Positions 49,816 through 63,315 of a DNA stretch of 64,000 bases are shown piece after piece (the stretch's first letter is position 1; each line of letters starts with the position of its first letter). The DNA lies in the NCBI GenBank assembly GCA_002633005.1, contig NMRA01000197.1, forward strand, positions 1 to 64,000. Direction: 5' to 3'. This DNA is from Phoronis australis (Eukaryota > Animalia > Phoronida). Position numbers and translations under genes: made by a program. The notes beneath the pieces are model-generated. The model searched no databases and had not been told where the DNA came from. It was given only the letters and a program-made list of their open reading frames with translations.

Positions 49816-52800
49816 CATAACAGTTACAAACAACCTTAGAAAAATGTCCAATTTTGGAACATTATATGTCAGAAATGGGCGATCCAATCGCGTTAAATAT
49901 CATTCCCCTGGACCAAAACATTTCCAAAATCACGATCTGATCAAGAAACACATTAGCTTAAACTGGACAAACAAGCCTACTGTGTTGGTGCACAATGCTG
50001 TGGTAGTGAGTGGGTCAGAACTTACAGCCGCACAAAGGAAACGACAGTTGAAAGTAAAGTCTAAGTTCTTTGTGAAAGTCATTAGTTTTTCTCCATTCCA
50101 ATTTTTTGGTGATAGTATTTCATAAAAAACTCATCTTCACAATATTTGTTGAACGCTGTTTGGAAATAGTATTATTAAATATTGTTTAGAGTCAGGTTGC
50201 TGTATTACATGAGCTTATCAGATGAATGCAGGCAATAAGAAAGCTGAACTACAGAAACATTGGTTTGACAACTTTCTCCCCTTGTTTATTCACTGTCACA
50301 CTAATGACACAGCTGTAACCAGAGTTGCCGATTAAGTGAAATCGGGAAACTCGCCCCACAACACGGGAGCGTAATGCAATGAAATTTGCAGATAGTACGT
50401 AATATTTTCCAAACCACTGATAGGAATTCTTTTCAAGTGTTCCATTGTTGTGCGAAGGGTTATCAAAACAGCCTGTTATGATTTTTATGGAAAAACCAAA
50501 AGTGCATGAAACCAAAAAGACATTATGATAATTTAAAAAACTGTAGCGGCACTTTAGGCATTCCATCTTCAATACTTAATATATTATTATCAAACAAAAT
50601 TTTGTACCATGATTGATATCACTGTTTTGCTACAAATGTATCTTCCTTTTTTGCTAATTTTATTACAGGGACACTATTGCAAGACCCAATTCAAGAGACT
50701 GGTAAAAGTCAAAACTAAATTTCTACAGACTTTCTAGTTTCACAAACTATATACCTCGATCTATTTCAGTAAAAGTCCATAGTTTTGTAGGGCACTGGTT
50801 GTATATAGCGGTCTCTGATTTAGAGAACCAGTTTCATCCATTAAGTAACGACCCGTTATTTAGAGACTACCTGGTTTTCTAAATGCAGGACCGCTATATA
50901 ATCCTGGCCCGGTCTCCAATCTTTTTACTCGAAATGGAACTCGAAATTAGGTTTGGCATTTTGTACTCTACTTTTGGGCGAACTCAAGATAAGTGTCTAT
51001 TATTCTATGCTCGAGTACACAATAACTTACGTGGATAATATATTGCCCTTAGTTCACAGTTTGTAAACCCAATATTAAAGCAATAAGTTCGAGTTTGAAC
51101 TCGAAATTTCGAGTTTTTACTCAAGTTTGTAGCACGAATATAAGGGTCTTCAAGGGCAAACTTGAACTAGAAACTCCTATGCATAAACTATAATGTATTC
51201 GAGCACAGCCTGATAACCAATTATCTTAAGTTAGCACAAAAGGAGCAGAGAAATTGCCAAAATAGTTTCGAGTTCGTTTCGAGTACAAAGATTAGAGACC
51301 GGGCCCCTGTTGATGATTGCATGGTGAGACATTGCGCATGAAGTGGACGTGATGGTCAGTATGATATGCCGGTTAATAAAAGAACACCATGATTCTGTAC
51401 AAGAAACTATCTATCAGAATGTTTTATTCTATGATCGCATCAATTATATATACAAAAGTAGCATGCCCATATAAGGCAACAAAACAGCAAACACCGCATT
51501 CCAAGTCTAGAGAAATCAACTAATTATTTCTTATACGACAATTTCTTATGCAATTCTTACACAACAATCTCTTATGCAATTCTTATAAAATTTCTTATGC
51601 AATTTATAGTACATCATGGAGATCATCCTCCAACATATCCAACCAGTGCTGTTTTGTAGATAATGATATTTGACTTGTCGATAAGGTCCTACATAACTTT
51701 TACAGAAACAAGATGAGTTGCTGTTCAGAAAGCAAGTGTTACAGTATTTTTGATGAAATTTGGCAATCAACATCAAATACATGGGGCTTAAATTAACACA
51801 TAGTAATTACTAGTATAGGGAGGGAGTCAGATTGACAGCAGTGAGCAATAGTCGATCACATGATTAATAGAGGGGCCTTTGCGCATAATTATTGCAATGC
51901 CTACTCCGTCGTACACTTGAACTGTCTGTATCTAAACCTGTTAAATTTGACTTTGCAGACACAACACTAAATAATTTAGGGATATATGAAACATTTAAAG
52001 TTGACGAAATTTTAGTATCCAACCTTTATGTTTCTTAGATGGTTATAACTAGAAAAGTTTGGGAAATTCGTCTGCCCCCTTAGACTAATGGACAAACGGA
52101 ATACGCCAAACCTGGTCAATATTTCGCACCATTTCAGACTATTGGTATTACTAAGGCAAGATTCAATCCTAATTCCTTACATGTCAACAATTCTTAAACC
52201 CAAATTACAGCTTTTCCAATTCTTCGCAAGTCCTGTGCACGAATTCGTACATCTCAAACGGAGCCGGAAATGCTAACTACGTCACGCGTTTTGAGGTTTA
52301 CAAATATTCCTCTCTATATTTCATCGATCGATCGTCAATCAAGTTTCATGGGCATTTACGCAGTTATATATATACATACAGTCCTATATATACATACGAC
52401 CATCGATATTATATTATATTATGGTCTAACTAATGTAGTGTAACCTAGTTTAACTCACTAACCTGCTGCAGTCGTCAAGCCCAAACGACAGGGTGCGCCG
52501 TTTCCAATGACGTTGATCACATGTGCACTTTGACTTATTTTGTGGTCACCAGCTGTGCTAGACAGGGGTTGTGCCAGTCCATCTGTTTGAAGAAAAAATG
52601 CAAAGGCTTAGAATTCTTGTTAAACACCTATGTAGACCACAGGTAACTTTAAAAAGACCAATCTTTTTAGTAAGGTTACTGAAATCCGAAATCGATCTCT
52701 TATCAATTCTTGTGCACTGTATCTGTAACAATTGTCTAACTTGTTGACTGCAGAAATGACATAGTTCCTGCTGGGTTCTTAGAAATTTTCAGGTTTCCAG

Positions 52801-55185
52801 GAACTCATTGGGTTAGGGTAACGACACTGTGAAATCAAATACAAACATGCTTTACCACTTGCATAAATCATCACTGTCGTAGTGCGTAATTGAGTGTAAC
52901 AACCAGTTTCTGGGTAATCAACCACATTATGATCTGTTCACTTCAAATGTTCTTGTCATCAGAAAGCCAATGTGGATAAAGAGTCATATTTCCTATTGCC
53001 TATTAGTTAATCTTTGAAGTGAAGGAAGGAGCATAACGTCTCTACTTGTATGCCTTTGATTTCAAACCATAAGGCTTTGCTATGTTTGCTGTCTACCATG
53101 TAAGTTATTAGCTTAAACGTGTCTGTCATTGCATGCAGGTTTTTGATGCCTTGATCATCGATGGTATAAATTGGAACCCTATGTCATTGGATATTAAGTA
53201 AAATACTGGTTATTGTTGTGAAATGTCTGAAAAAACTCTATATCAAAAAACAATTAGTAGAAATCTGATATGAAATTTATTGTTGTGATCTCTGCGCACA
53301 GTGGTCTAGAAATGAAATATCGAAACAGTCTGTTTTTCCATTCTGTTTGTTGATTCAATTGGCCAAAAGGGGGGGGGGGGTCCAGACCTCCTGGACCCCT
53401 TCCTTGGGTCCTCCTATGAAACCCTTTTTGAAGTATCTACTTAATTACCTAGTCTAATGACTAATAATAATAGAGATGAACTTTCTGAATTAGGTATAGA
53501 AATTAAATTTTTCAATTCAGCTTTCTACTGAATTTCAATTGAATCTCAGCTGAAACTCAACTTCTCCTCTTCGTTTGTACAGCTTGCCTTGACTGATTTG
53601 AATGTGTTATATGGATATTAAAATTACTTAGCAGCCAATATATTTTGGTTATATTTTGTTTGCTGACCATAATATTCAATGCTTATATCCCTGCAGATTC
53701 CCCCGGCACTGAACCAAATTTTACCAGTCAGACTTTCGTCTACGTATATTGTGGAGACAACGAAACGTTTACTTGACGACGCTTTAAGCACCCACGAACT
53801 GTTGAATGCTTCAGCAGAGGTATGTTGTTGGTTCAAATGCTTAATACAAACTATTCAAATTATTGTGAATTCTATGTTCATAGACCAGTTTTCAAGCCAG
53901 TATCTGTGTTCCATCAGGGTTTTTCACTTCCCAAAATTAGAAGCATAGCAGAGGTCAGGCAAACTGGAGGTCATTTGGGAGTAGAGGTTGGGGGTTGCTC
54001 CTGGAGGAAATTTTGGACATCCAACGGTTTCGTGGTTAGCAGGTAGCACTTTGCACATCGTCATGTGACCAATGAAAATATTTTGTAAATTAATTTATGA
54101 TTCCTCATTTCTTTTCCATTTTATTGCCCATAAATCCCAGTGTATATGTGTGCCCTTTTGTGTAAAGTTTTGTAGTACTATTTGGTTTTAGATTAAAAGT
54201 TCATTATTGTAGCATATTTGTAGTTTGTGACAATTATTTGATTATAACATGCAACTTGCTAATCTAATAATTTTTTAATCAGGAATAAATATACTTAACT
54301 GCTACCTCTTTGCAATAAAGCAACAATTACCATGTGGTTGCATGCAAAGCATTATGTCTTAAAGGTAAAACCATTGCGTGACAGGGTGCCTTTGTGGCAA
54401 TGTTTGTTGAAGTATGCATAGCTTTCCTCAACTCAGGAGTGCCTGCCATTATGAAAAGTGGGTCAGTCGTGCTATTGAAGCTCCATAAAATAACAAAGTG
54501 CAATTGAGGAAGGGCCTTTTCTGGTATCTTGCTGCATTTCATTGTCATGACTGTTGACTTTTGTCAATTGCTACTAAGTAGTACTTTGGGTGAAAAAACA
54601 TCAATGGTTCTGATCTCGATTTTTTTTAAATGTATAAAGTATTGTCGTATTTAGTGTTAGCTGCTCACATTTTCAGACAAGAAAATTCATCTGAAATGAG
54701 CAAAAATGGTGTCGAATTTGTTTTTGACTCATGAATCACTACTGACAAATCACTTAATTATTCCAAACCTTGCTTACCCTTGTTTTCATGCCTAGAAATT
54801 ATGCAACCTTTCAAAAAACATGAGGCATTGGGGTTTTTTATACAGGTTTTTAGCTGGTGAGTGCAGGTCTCAAATATCGGGTAAACACCAGATTACCAGC
54901 TTTCCTTTTTTGCCTTAACAAAATTTCGTAATGTCAAAGCTGACTGTCAACATAATTCTTTCTGCCTTCTGTTAGGTCAATTTTGAATACAAGGCAGCTC
55001 ATGTGACAGTAAGTGTTGAGCTTCAGTTCATCTGAAAGTTACTAATAATTATGTTACAATTGTTTGGACCTGTTTGTTTGTTTTTTGTAAATATTTCTGC
55101 TGGGAATGGAATTCTAGCTTTAGGCCTGAGTCAGCTGTCACAATTCATAGCTACTGAGACGATACAGTAGTGACAAGAGGGGGGG
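49816..55185. repeat. Copy B of the PDSS2/MLYCD promoter block
   Basis: Begins cataacagttacaaac (matching 44929) directly after the N and ends in the same G-rich run. Confidence 0.9.
50906..51305. mobile_element. 400-bp MITE (PIF/Harbinger-like), 3-bp TSD, present only in copy B
   Basis: TIRs of about 43 bp: ggcccggtctccaatctttttactcgaaatggaactcgaaatta / tagtttcgagttcgtttcgagtacaaagattagagaccgggcc. CCT is duplicated. The empty site atatcctgttg is at about 46005-46015. Confidence 0.85.
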
Positions 55186-58100
55186 GGGCAATTGGGTCAT
55201 GGCCCCCTAAAATTTCCCCACATCCACTCGAAATTGATTTGTTTGATTCTGGTAGTGTAGAGAATAACTTGTTTTTGTACAGTGCACACATTGAGTGTTT
55301 TATCCTATGTCAAATAAACGTCAGTTTTTTTTGCATATTGGCTTCATCTCAGTAGCTTGAGACATTACACCTTAAGCCCTGTACCACAGTCTCCTGGAAC
55401 CAGCCCTGTGCAGCGCTGGAAATCTCAACCAACCATGGTACTTGCTTTGAAACCGACGGCAACTGCACTCTGTGATGAACCAAGCTACAGCAGTTACTGT
55501 TCAGTTAGAACTATGGTGGGTCACTGTAGCACCAGCGTGAATTATGCCAGCACTGTATTGATTCATATAAGGCATTTGGGGATAACTGACGGCAGTGTGT
55601 GTCAGGAGCAGCCAAAATTTCGGACAGATTCAACCACTACCCCTTTTTTGTGATTGTACTGTTGTCCAGTTGCCTGCTCAATATCTCAAAAAACCCTGGT
55701 CACGATGGAATTTGGCACAAGGGTGTAGGGCATCACATGGGCGGTGCAAGCCATTTTTCAATGTGTCCATGCTCCAGGGCCAGGGGTGGTGCTTTTCAAT
55801 ATTTTTGGGAGGGTATCTTTCTTTAGTGTTTTTTGTGAAGAAGTACATTTTGGAATTACATCAAGTTAAAGAGGTTGAAATATTTCAATGAAACTTTGCT
55901 CCGACATATGTGACGGCAATGTGTTATTAGCTGTTATCGACAAGCAATTTACCAAGTCAAAATGAAATCCCATAACCAGCTTAGACTGACTAATGAACTA
56001 TGACCTCTTGATCATTTTAGGCCAAAACTCAAGCAGTGTGCAATTTCTACTGTTCTCTGTTGGTGAGTGACAGACATTTATTCCTCAAAACACTTGCTCA
56101 GAACTATGGGGTCAAGCAGAACAGCGTTATCTCGGCAGCAGAGTCCTTGGTGTCAATTCATAAAGTAAGTGAAGTGGTACTTAGTATGAGTGACAGTTTC
56201 AAATTAATTTTGGGGTACAATTTATAGAGATGTGCGTCGTTAGTGAGCCTCAAATTTCTTCCAATTGAAACCCTATAGCATTTATGTTTTTCATAAAATT
56301 ATGCCTGTTTTTGTTGCAAGGCCGTCCCAAATGACAAAGCGACACTCAAATGTTGCTGTATTTACCCACAATGTCGCATTATCTGTCAAGCACCTTTGTA
56401 TAGCGTGGCATTTTAGCTCCATTGGAGTTCCACAATGTTCTAATTTTGTTGTTTTGTATTGTTCTTTACAAATTTTTCTTGGCTGTATTCCTCTATTCAT
56501 CCTTCTAATGCCAGCTAAGTATTACTGCTGTGCTGTCGGTTGCAACTCTGACGGTAGAAAGTTGGATAAAGTGTACAGATATCTCTGGATGCTTCTTAAG
56601 TACTAGTACATTGCCTTTCAACATCAATCAAAGACAAGCGGAGCAAGAGGATAAAGCAAATTCGTTGTTAATTTTGATCCAAATAAAGTCCCCTTGCTTG
56701 GTGATGCCTTTTTTATGCGGGTGCATATTGCCGTCTTTTCTGTCTGGTCGTCCGGGCGTCTGGCGTCCGCATCTCCTAAACCCCTTGCAGGATCTTATTG
56801 AAATTTGGCAGGTATGTTCCTACGGGGTTGACGACAGAGGGCGACGAGTTTTGGACGGACCCCAATACTGCTGTGCCCCCTGGTGGCAATTTTAGTTTTT
56901 TACGTTTGCCTCTGTATCTTGAAAGGTCCTCAACCGATTTTCATGAAATTTGGCACATAGGCATCTATTGATAAGGTGACGCTATCCTTTCGTTTTCGGA
57001 TGGATTTGAGGTAATTTGCACCACCTAGTGGCCATTTTTACTGTTTTCAGTCTGTTTTTTGGCATCCATTCCTCCATCAACCAAACCGCTCAAAGGATGA
57101 TTGCGAAAATTGTCATGTATGTTTTTACTATGAAGTAGACGGCTGACGATGGTTTTCCGATGACTTCAACTACTGTGGCGCCTCCTAGTGGCAATTTTGT
57201 TTTTTGCGCCTATGGCTATATCTCCTAAACCGTTTGCAGGATCTTTACAAAATTTATTAAGTACATTTATATGATGTTAATACGCAGGATGACGACTATG
57301 AGACAGATCTGACTACTGGTGTGCCACCTAGTGACAATTTTATTTTTTTACGTTTACCTCTCTATCTTCAAAGGTCCTCAATGTATTTTCATAAAATTTG
57401 GCATGCAGTCATCTGTTAATGAGGTGACACCATCTCTCCATTTTCAGATGGATTCGATCTAGTTGGCGCCACCTAGTGGCCATTTTTACTGTTTTCAAGT
57501 CTGTTTTTTGGCGTCCACTCATCTATCAACCAAACCGCTTTCAGGATAATTGTGAAAATTGGCATGTATGTTTTAACTATGAAGTGAATGACTGACGATG
57601 ATTTTCCAACTTCGATTACTGTGGCGCCTCCTGTTGGCATTTTTTTGCGCTCATGGCTGTATTTCCTAAACCGTTTGCAGGATCTTTTCTTGATTTAGCA
57701 AGTGTATTTATATGATGTTGACAACGAACAACTACGATTTTTGGATGGATCTGACCACTCGTGTGCCCCTTAGTGGCAATTTTAGTTTTTTACGTTTACC
57801 TCTTTATCTTCAAAGGTCCAAAACAGATTTTCATAAAATTTTGAATATAGGCATCTATTGAAGAGATGACCCTTTGCTTCTGTTTTTGGATGGAATCTAG
57901 GTATTTTGCGCCACCTAGTGGCCATTTTTGCTGTTTTCAAACCCTGGTCAACCAAATCCTTCTAGGGATTGTTTTGAAAATTGAAATGTTCTCAGTGTGA
58001 AGAGGACGTTTGATGATGGTGACTGACTACTGTGGCGCCTCCTAGTGGTAGCTCTGTCTTGTTTTGCATCCATAGCTGTATTTGGATGGATTGTACGTTT

Positions 58101-61100
58101 TTGCGCCATCTAGTGGCCATTTTTATGATACAAATAAATAACTCTAAAAGCACACCATTTGCAATGCATTCGTGGGCACATTTCAACGCTCCCTGTTGCT
58201 CTTGTTCAATTCTTTTACTATTTCCGACATGACCTGTGAAAACGTGTTGACATTCTAAAACTAGGTCAATGAAAACAATGCAGTTTCTTACCTCCATGCC
58301 AGAGGAGAGTTCTATTGATGTTTAATCTGGGATGGCCATTTTCACCAGTATTTTGGGATCTTAGGCATCGCGTAATTTATATTCATTGGCCATCAGTGTG
58401 TATAAATTTTAAATTGTGTTTTTACACTGCTTTGTTTTACAACTTAAAACATGGATTTCATTGTAGGACAAAAGAGAGGAAAGCACGCTACTGCAATCGG
58501 AGGAGCGACTCAGGACTGCGCTCACACCAAAATACCAGCGACTTTTCACCCAAATCTCTCACACAAATGATGGAGTGAAGTTTATGGTTGACTTAAGGGC
58601 TGATCTTCTTGTAAGTGTGTGACAATATTAGAGAGAAAGTGTTTGATGCTTTTCACACTACTTTTAGTCTAGGTCCCAAATCATTCTTGAACTACAGTGA
58701 ATTTTTATGTTTCATGTTTTCTAATGAAAGTACCATACGTTCTTTAGCTAAATATCTCAGGGATGCTTTTTCAGTCCAGAAGTTAAATTTGTACTTTGTA
58801 AATTTGTAACTAAATATTGTTTCCTGTTGCTGTTATTTGAGTGCCATGTCTCACAGATCCATGTTCTTCCATGTCTTTTCCATGTTGTTGTTTATTAATT
58901 ATTGAGTAAATGCTACAATACATGTACTGTTCACACAAATTCTTCCTTGTTCCTTAATGCTCTTAATTAATTATCGTTTCATTGCTACATTATTGTAAGC
59001 CTCATCGAGGCTACCAGCTTCTTATAGGCACAATTCCTAAAAATTAGATTCAGTGTATAACACTGTTCAGCACATTCAGTCTTTTCTAGTGATAAAAACC
59101 CATAGTAATGCATTTGGGGTTCCTAAATAATTTTCATGGAATTGTTTCTTCAACAATAGTTAGTTACTGCCTCACCATCAACACTTCTTTTTACATTGGT
59201 CAGGTAGAAGTCTTCTAATCTGTGTAAGGAACGAGCCGAAATCGGTTCCCTTATGTTAATAATTCAAATAATAAAATGTGCATGAGTTGAGTTCATGTCA
59301 CCTTTAATCTGATATTATTATGAACTATCCCTTGCAGCCTTATGCAAGTGTCCATTTATTAAATAATCATAAAATTACCAAATACCGGTAAAGTCCTAAG
59401 CCAATTGTTACGTTTCGGGCTACGAGAATGCAGAACATCCGGCAATGAAGCTGACTAAAAACCAGAACCACATATTGGAGCATGTTCTTGAAACTCAAGC
59501 ATGCATTGTTTTAATTGTCGTTTATTGGCAATAAAACTAAATATACAATCACTAGCACTCTTGTGGTCAAATTGCAGCAAGATATCTTCTCTTATTGAGC
59601 TGAAACAATGTATCTTTTCCCATAATTCAACATTTTGACCTCACCAATCACTACTGCAGTACTGCCAATTTGCCCTGTTGTCCAGTTTCTCCTCAATATC
59701 TCAAAAACCCATGGCACTAAGGTGTAGGTCATCACTAGGGTGATGCATGCTACTTCTCAATTTGCCTCGCACCCTGGGTCAGGGGGCGGAGCTTTTTAGT
59801 AATTTGGGGGGATGTCTAGGGAACTCGTTGACAGATTTCAATGAAACTTAAGACGGAGTATGTGACAGCAATGCACTGGAGCCAGTCGATTTTTGGGTGG
59901 ATTTGGTCACTGCAGCATCCCAGAACGGTGGCTGCTCTGTTTTTGGAGATGGCAGCAACCAGTTTTGAGCAAATTCCAGCAAGTGCTGTGTTGTCATCTC
60001 ATTCGTTTCTGCCTAAGTTTGTATCTGCCAGACTTCATGATGTTTGATGCCTGATCACTCTGACTTACTCTGTCAGATCGCTACTCTCAGCTGTAGGCTC
60101 CTGCATAATATAGACTTGTTTCAGAAGGTCTAATAAACTTGTTGTACTGTGTTCATAGGAATAATTCTTGTTTCTCACAGTCACTTCTTTCATCAGCGGG
60201 CAGCGATCAAGGCTCTCATCACTTGAAATTTTTAAACAACTGCTTGAGAGATGTCGTCTCGCTATGGTTCAGTGTGGGCTTCCTTCATTTACAGAGGGTG
60301 ACATGGCAATCGGCTTGTGATATGTTGCAGAAAGTGAGTAAATTATTGTAAAAAATTCTCATTTTAGACACTGTAAGGTCGACAAGAGGAATTTATTTAA
60401 AATTTGTTGAATTTCTTATTAAGTTAAAGTTTTTGATAAACTTTAGTCTTGTGTTAGTATCGTTTTTGCAGAGAACAAACGTGTACGTGTGCATTCACGC
60501 GTGCGTGTAAAAATGTAATAAGTTGTCACATAGTACGTATAATTTATTTTGTTGAATTTCTTATTAAACTAAAATTTCTGATAAACTTTAGTCTTGTGTT
60601 AGTATCGTTTTTGTAGAGAACAAACATGTGTGTGTGCATGTGCGCATTCACGTGTGCGTGTAAAAATGTAGTTAAGTTGTCATACGTATAATTTATTTTG
60701 TTGAATTTCTTATTAAACTATAATTTCTGATAAACCTTAGTCTTGTGTTTGGTATCGTTTTTGTAGAGAACAAATTTGTGCGTGTGCACATGCATGCGTG
60801 CATGTAAAAATGTAGTTATCACATACGTATACCTGGCGGCAACAAGGCATTATACTGATCTGATGTCATCTTTGTACAACACTGCTTTTGATGTAGATTT
60901 CAGAATATGAAGCGGTTCATCCAATCAGAAGCTGGAGCGACTTACAGCGACGTGTTGGTCCACATCGCCGTTGTTATGTGTTTACTCACAACAGTATGCC
61001 CCGTGAACCAGTAGTGGTTCTGCATACGGCTCTGACAGATAAGATATCAACCAACATCCAGGTACTCTAACTGAAATTATTAAGTGCATGAAGTCGTGTG

Positions 61101-63315
61101 AATTTGGGTGATTTTTTGCTGTAAACCGATTAACTCCTTTTTAAGGCTATCTAGGACTGTAGAAAAATGTTCATTGGCCCGCGTATCTCAGAAATGGCTT
61201 AGATCGGAGTCATATGAAACTTTCAGATACCATGTTTTATACACGGTTTTCCAAAATGTTGTTCAAAATTGCTTTTAAAATGCTCCACTTTTGCATGAGG
61301 GTCTATCAAATGTTGGACTTGTAGGATTTTTATGAAAAAAATGAAGAGCATCAAATGAATCTGTAACAGGATTTTGAGGTTTTATTTTGAACATTGTGTC
61401 GAAATTTGGTCTTTTAATTGATCCTGTAGTTTCAGAACAATGTACCTGTTCCATTTCTACTTCCAGAAATTTTATGCTTTTGCTGAGTTAGTTAAATTCT
61501 ATTATTTGGTAGATAGTTGGCTAAATGTACGGGCTTGTCAATGAGGTCTTACATAACCTTAAAAACATTGCTGCCATCATTTTTGTGCCAATTTGTCACC
61601 TATGCAGTCAGTGTATGGCTATTGTCAGTTTTCCTCCTTCAAATTGTGGAGAGCAGTATTCCATCAAAGAATAAATAGAATTAGACCACATAACGCTTTG
61701 TAGTTGGTCTGGACTTAATTTGCACTTGAGCAAGGTGTAGTCTCTGAGAATATACAATGTCATGTAACTGCTAGTTAGAGATAATTTCTCTTAAATTATT
61801 ATTCAGGGATCTGTTTCATGCGAAGTGACTTTAAGACGTGAGAAAGAAATTTGTTTTTTCACTCCACATATTAACTATTTCTGAAAAATAATTCAAAAGT
61901 TTTACCAAAAGAATAAAGTGTCTGAGAATATACCCATTATTACCAATTTCACAGAAAATTTGTACAAATAATTTTCAGGTACTGAACAGATGCAAATGAT
62001 TTCATGACTAAACATCATTTAGGAATTATGAAGTGGGAACATAGGACCAAATTTCTGCCTTAAGTCACTTTTTGTGAAACAGGCCCCAGACTGTGATTGG
62101 CTAATACTTACTAGTAATGGGTGAACCTTGGGAGTAAGAGCGACACCTGTAGGTTGTGAACGTTATTAGTTAGGAAGCTGTAAGAAAAGCTTGGGGTCAG
62201 TTTTGTTGAAATCCATTTCATAAACATTGACAGCACCTCTATGCCAATTTGGTTCATGACGGTAAATCTCCTGCATTGTGAGTATTATTGAGATGCTGCA
62301 TATCACTACTAGGGTTGGACAATGGCACTCAATAGTGAAAGAAAAATACTGGACGTAAAATATTCACAGTGAAAGTAGCGAGTTTCTGTAAATCATCATA
62401 CAAAAATTTGAGTACACAAAATATGCTCAAGAATAACATTGGCTTCATTTAGATAAATACAAAAGATAACATCGCTGCCCAGAAATCAAATTCCTTTGGG
62501 AACATTGCCGAGTGTCACTGTCTGTATATCGGCAAAAAATACCACTAGTTTGTTTGCTAAAGCCTGAAGTTTGTCCAGTTAGGGGACACAGTTATAAGCA
62601 GAAACCCAATTATATTTTTTTCAGTATACATTTATTTATTTTTCTTAAGTCATAATATAGTTAAATGGTTATTGTTATGCAGTCCAAAATTTTTGTACAT
62701 GACTGTCTTGTAAACACTATCATTTCTCAGTCATTAATTTGTAGCAGCCATTGTTGAACTGTCATAATCATGATGGTATTGATAGAACATATAATCTTGT
62801 TGTTTTCAATCAATTGTAATCTTTGTACAGTTTTAAGTGGTGTTTTGTTTCTTGAAAACTTAACAACTTATTACTTAAAATGGCTTAATATTCTTATTAA
62901 TATGACATAGACCAGAAATTGAATTTCAGGCCTCAAATGTTTGGCCGGGGTACAAAGAATGGGGCTTTCTATATTAATGCAGGCCACCCCGCTATAAGGG
63001 GTCTGAAGAAGGAGGCCACCTATATTGATAAAGGAAGGCTCGCTTTTCAGCCACCTTCGGGCAGGGTGACCTATATTAATATAGTACCTGTTTTTGCGGC
63101 CCAAAATTCAATTTCTTGCCTATGTCATTTTTAGAAGTTTTCAAATAAGTCATGATGTTACTGCCAAGCCTGTCTAAGTGTGTTGTCTATGTTTTGTTCT
63201 TAGGACATTGTGCAAGGCTCAATAGGCAATCCGTCAAATGAGAGTTTGACAGAAAAAGAGAATCCTGCCAAAATATCCACTGCCATGTTTTATTCGATAA
63301 CCTCCACTCAAAAAG
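52598..63315 (+). CDS. MLYCD: Malonyl-CoA decarboxylase, first seven coding exons; continues beyond the right edge
   Basis: Exons 52598-52642 ([15 protein letters not shown]), 53697-53819, 56021-56164 (..[17 protein letters not shown]), 58467-58610 (..[34 protein letters not shown]), 60181-60333 (..[23 protein letters not shown]), 60897-61061 ([46 protein letters not shown]..), 63204-63315 (..[13 protein letters not shown]). All are GT-AG and in phase, with hallmark MCD motifs. Confidence 0.95.
56508..56606 (+). pseudogene. THAP zinc-finger N-terminal fragment, probably a DNA transposon remnant
   Basis: [18 protein letters not shown] fits the THAP start M...C.(V)..C.(N/S). It stops early and lacks the downstream C..H ligands in frame. 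Confidence 0.45.
56705..58207 (+). mobile_element. Helentron/HINE (DINE-1-like) non-autonomous element with an internal tandem array of about 150-bp units (higher-order period about 445 bp)
   Basis: 5' ttttttatgc..gcatattg plus a GTCY-like microsatellite (ctgtctggtcgtccgggcgtctggcgtccgc). Units carry atctcctaaacc / tgaaatttggca / gcgccacctagtgg. The 3' end has a short palindrome and cttgtt. Confidence 0.65.
60390..60830. repeat. Three tandem units of about 150 bp in an MLYCD intron
   Basis: gttgaatttcttattaa...tgataaac.ttagtcttgtgtt.gtatcgtttttg.agagaacaaa...gtaaaaatgta...tacgtat, starting at about 60390, 60541 and 60690. Confidence 0.9.
61807..62086. mobile_element. Harbinger-like MITE with CAG TSD
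   Basis: CAG[ggatctgtttcatgcgaagtgactt ... aagtcactttttgtgaaacaggccc]CAG. Confidence 0.6.
62902..63128. mobile_element. MITE with TIRs of about 30 bp; a second family member begins at about 63956
   Basis: atgacatagaccagaaattgaattt / aaattcaatttcttgcctatgtcat. The sequence atgacataggcaagaaat recurs at 63956. Confidence 0.7.

Noticed and set aside
20170-55185. True paralogues of MDM, GST-Pi or MLYCD
   Set aside because: Only first exons are duplicated, the junctions fall exactly on N characters and the coding differences are synonymous or absent. Allelic haplotypes explain this better.
56770-60830. Regularly spaced repeats as a CRISPR-like array
   Set aside because: The sequence between motifs is itself repeated, the context is eukaryotic introns and no cas genes are present.
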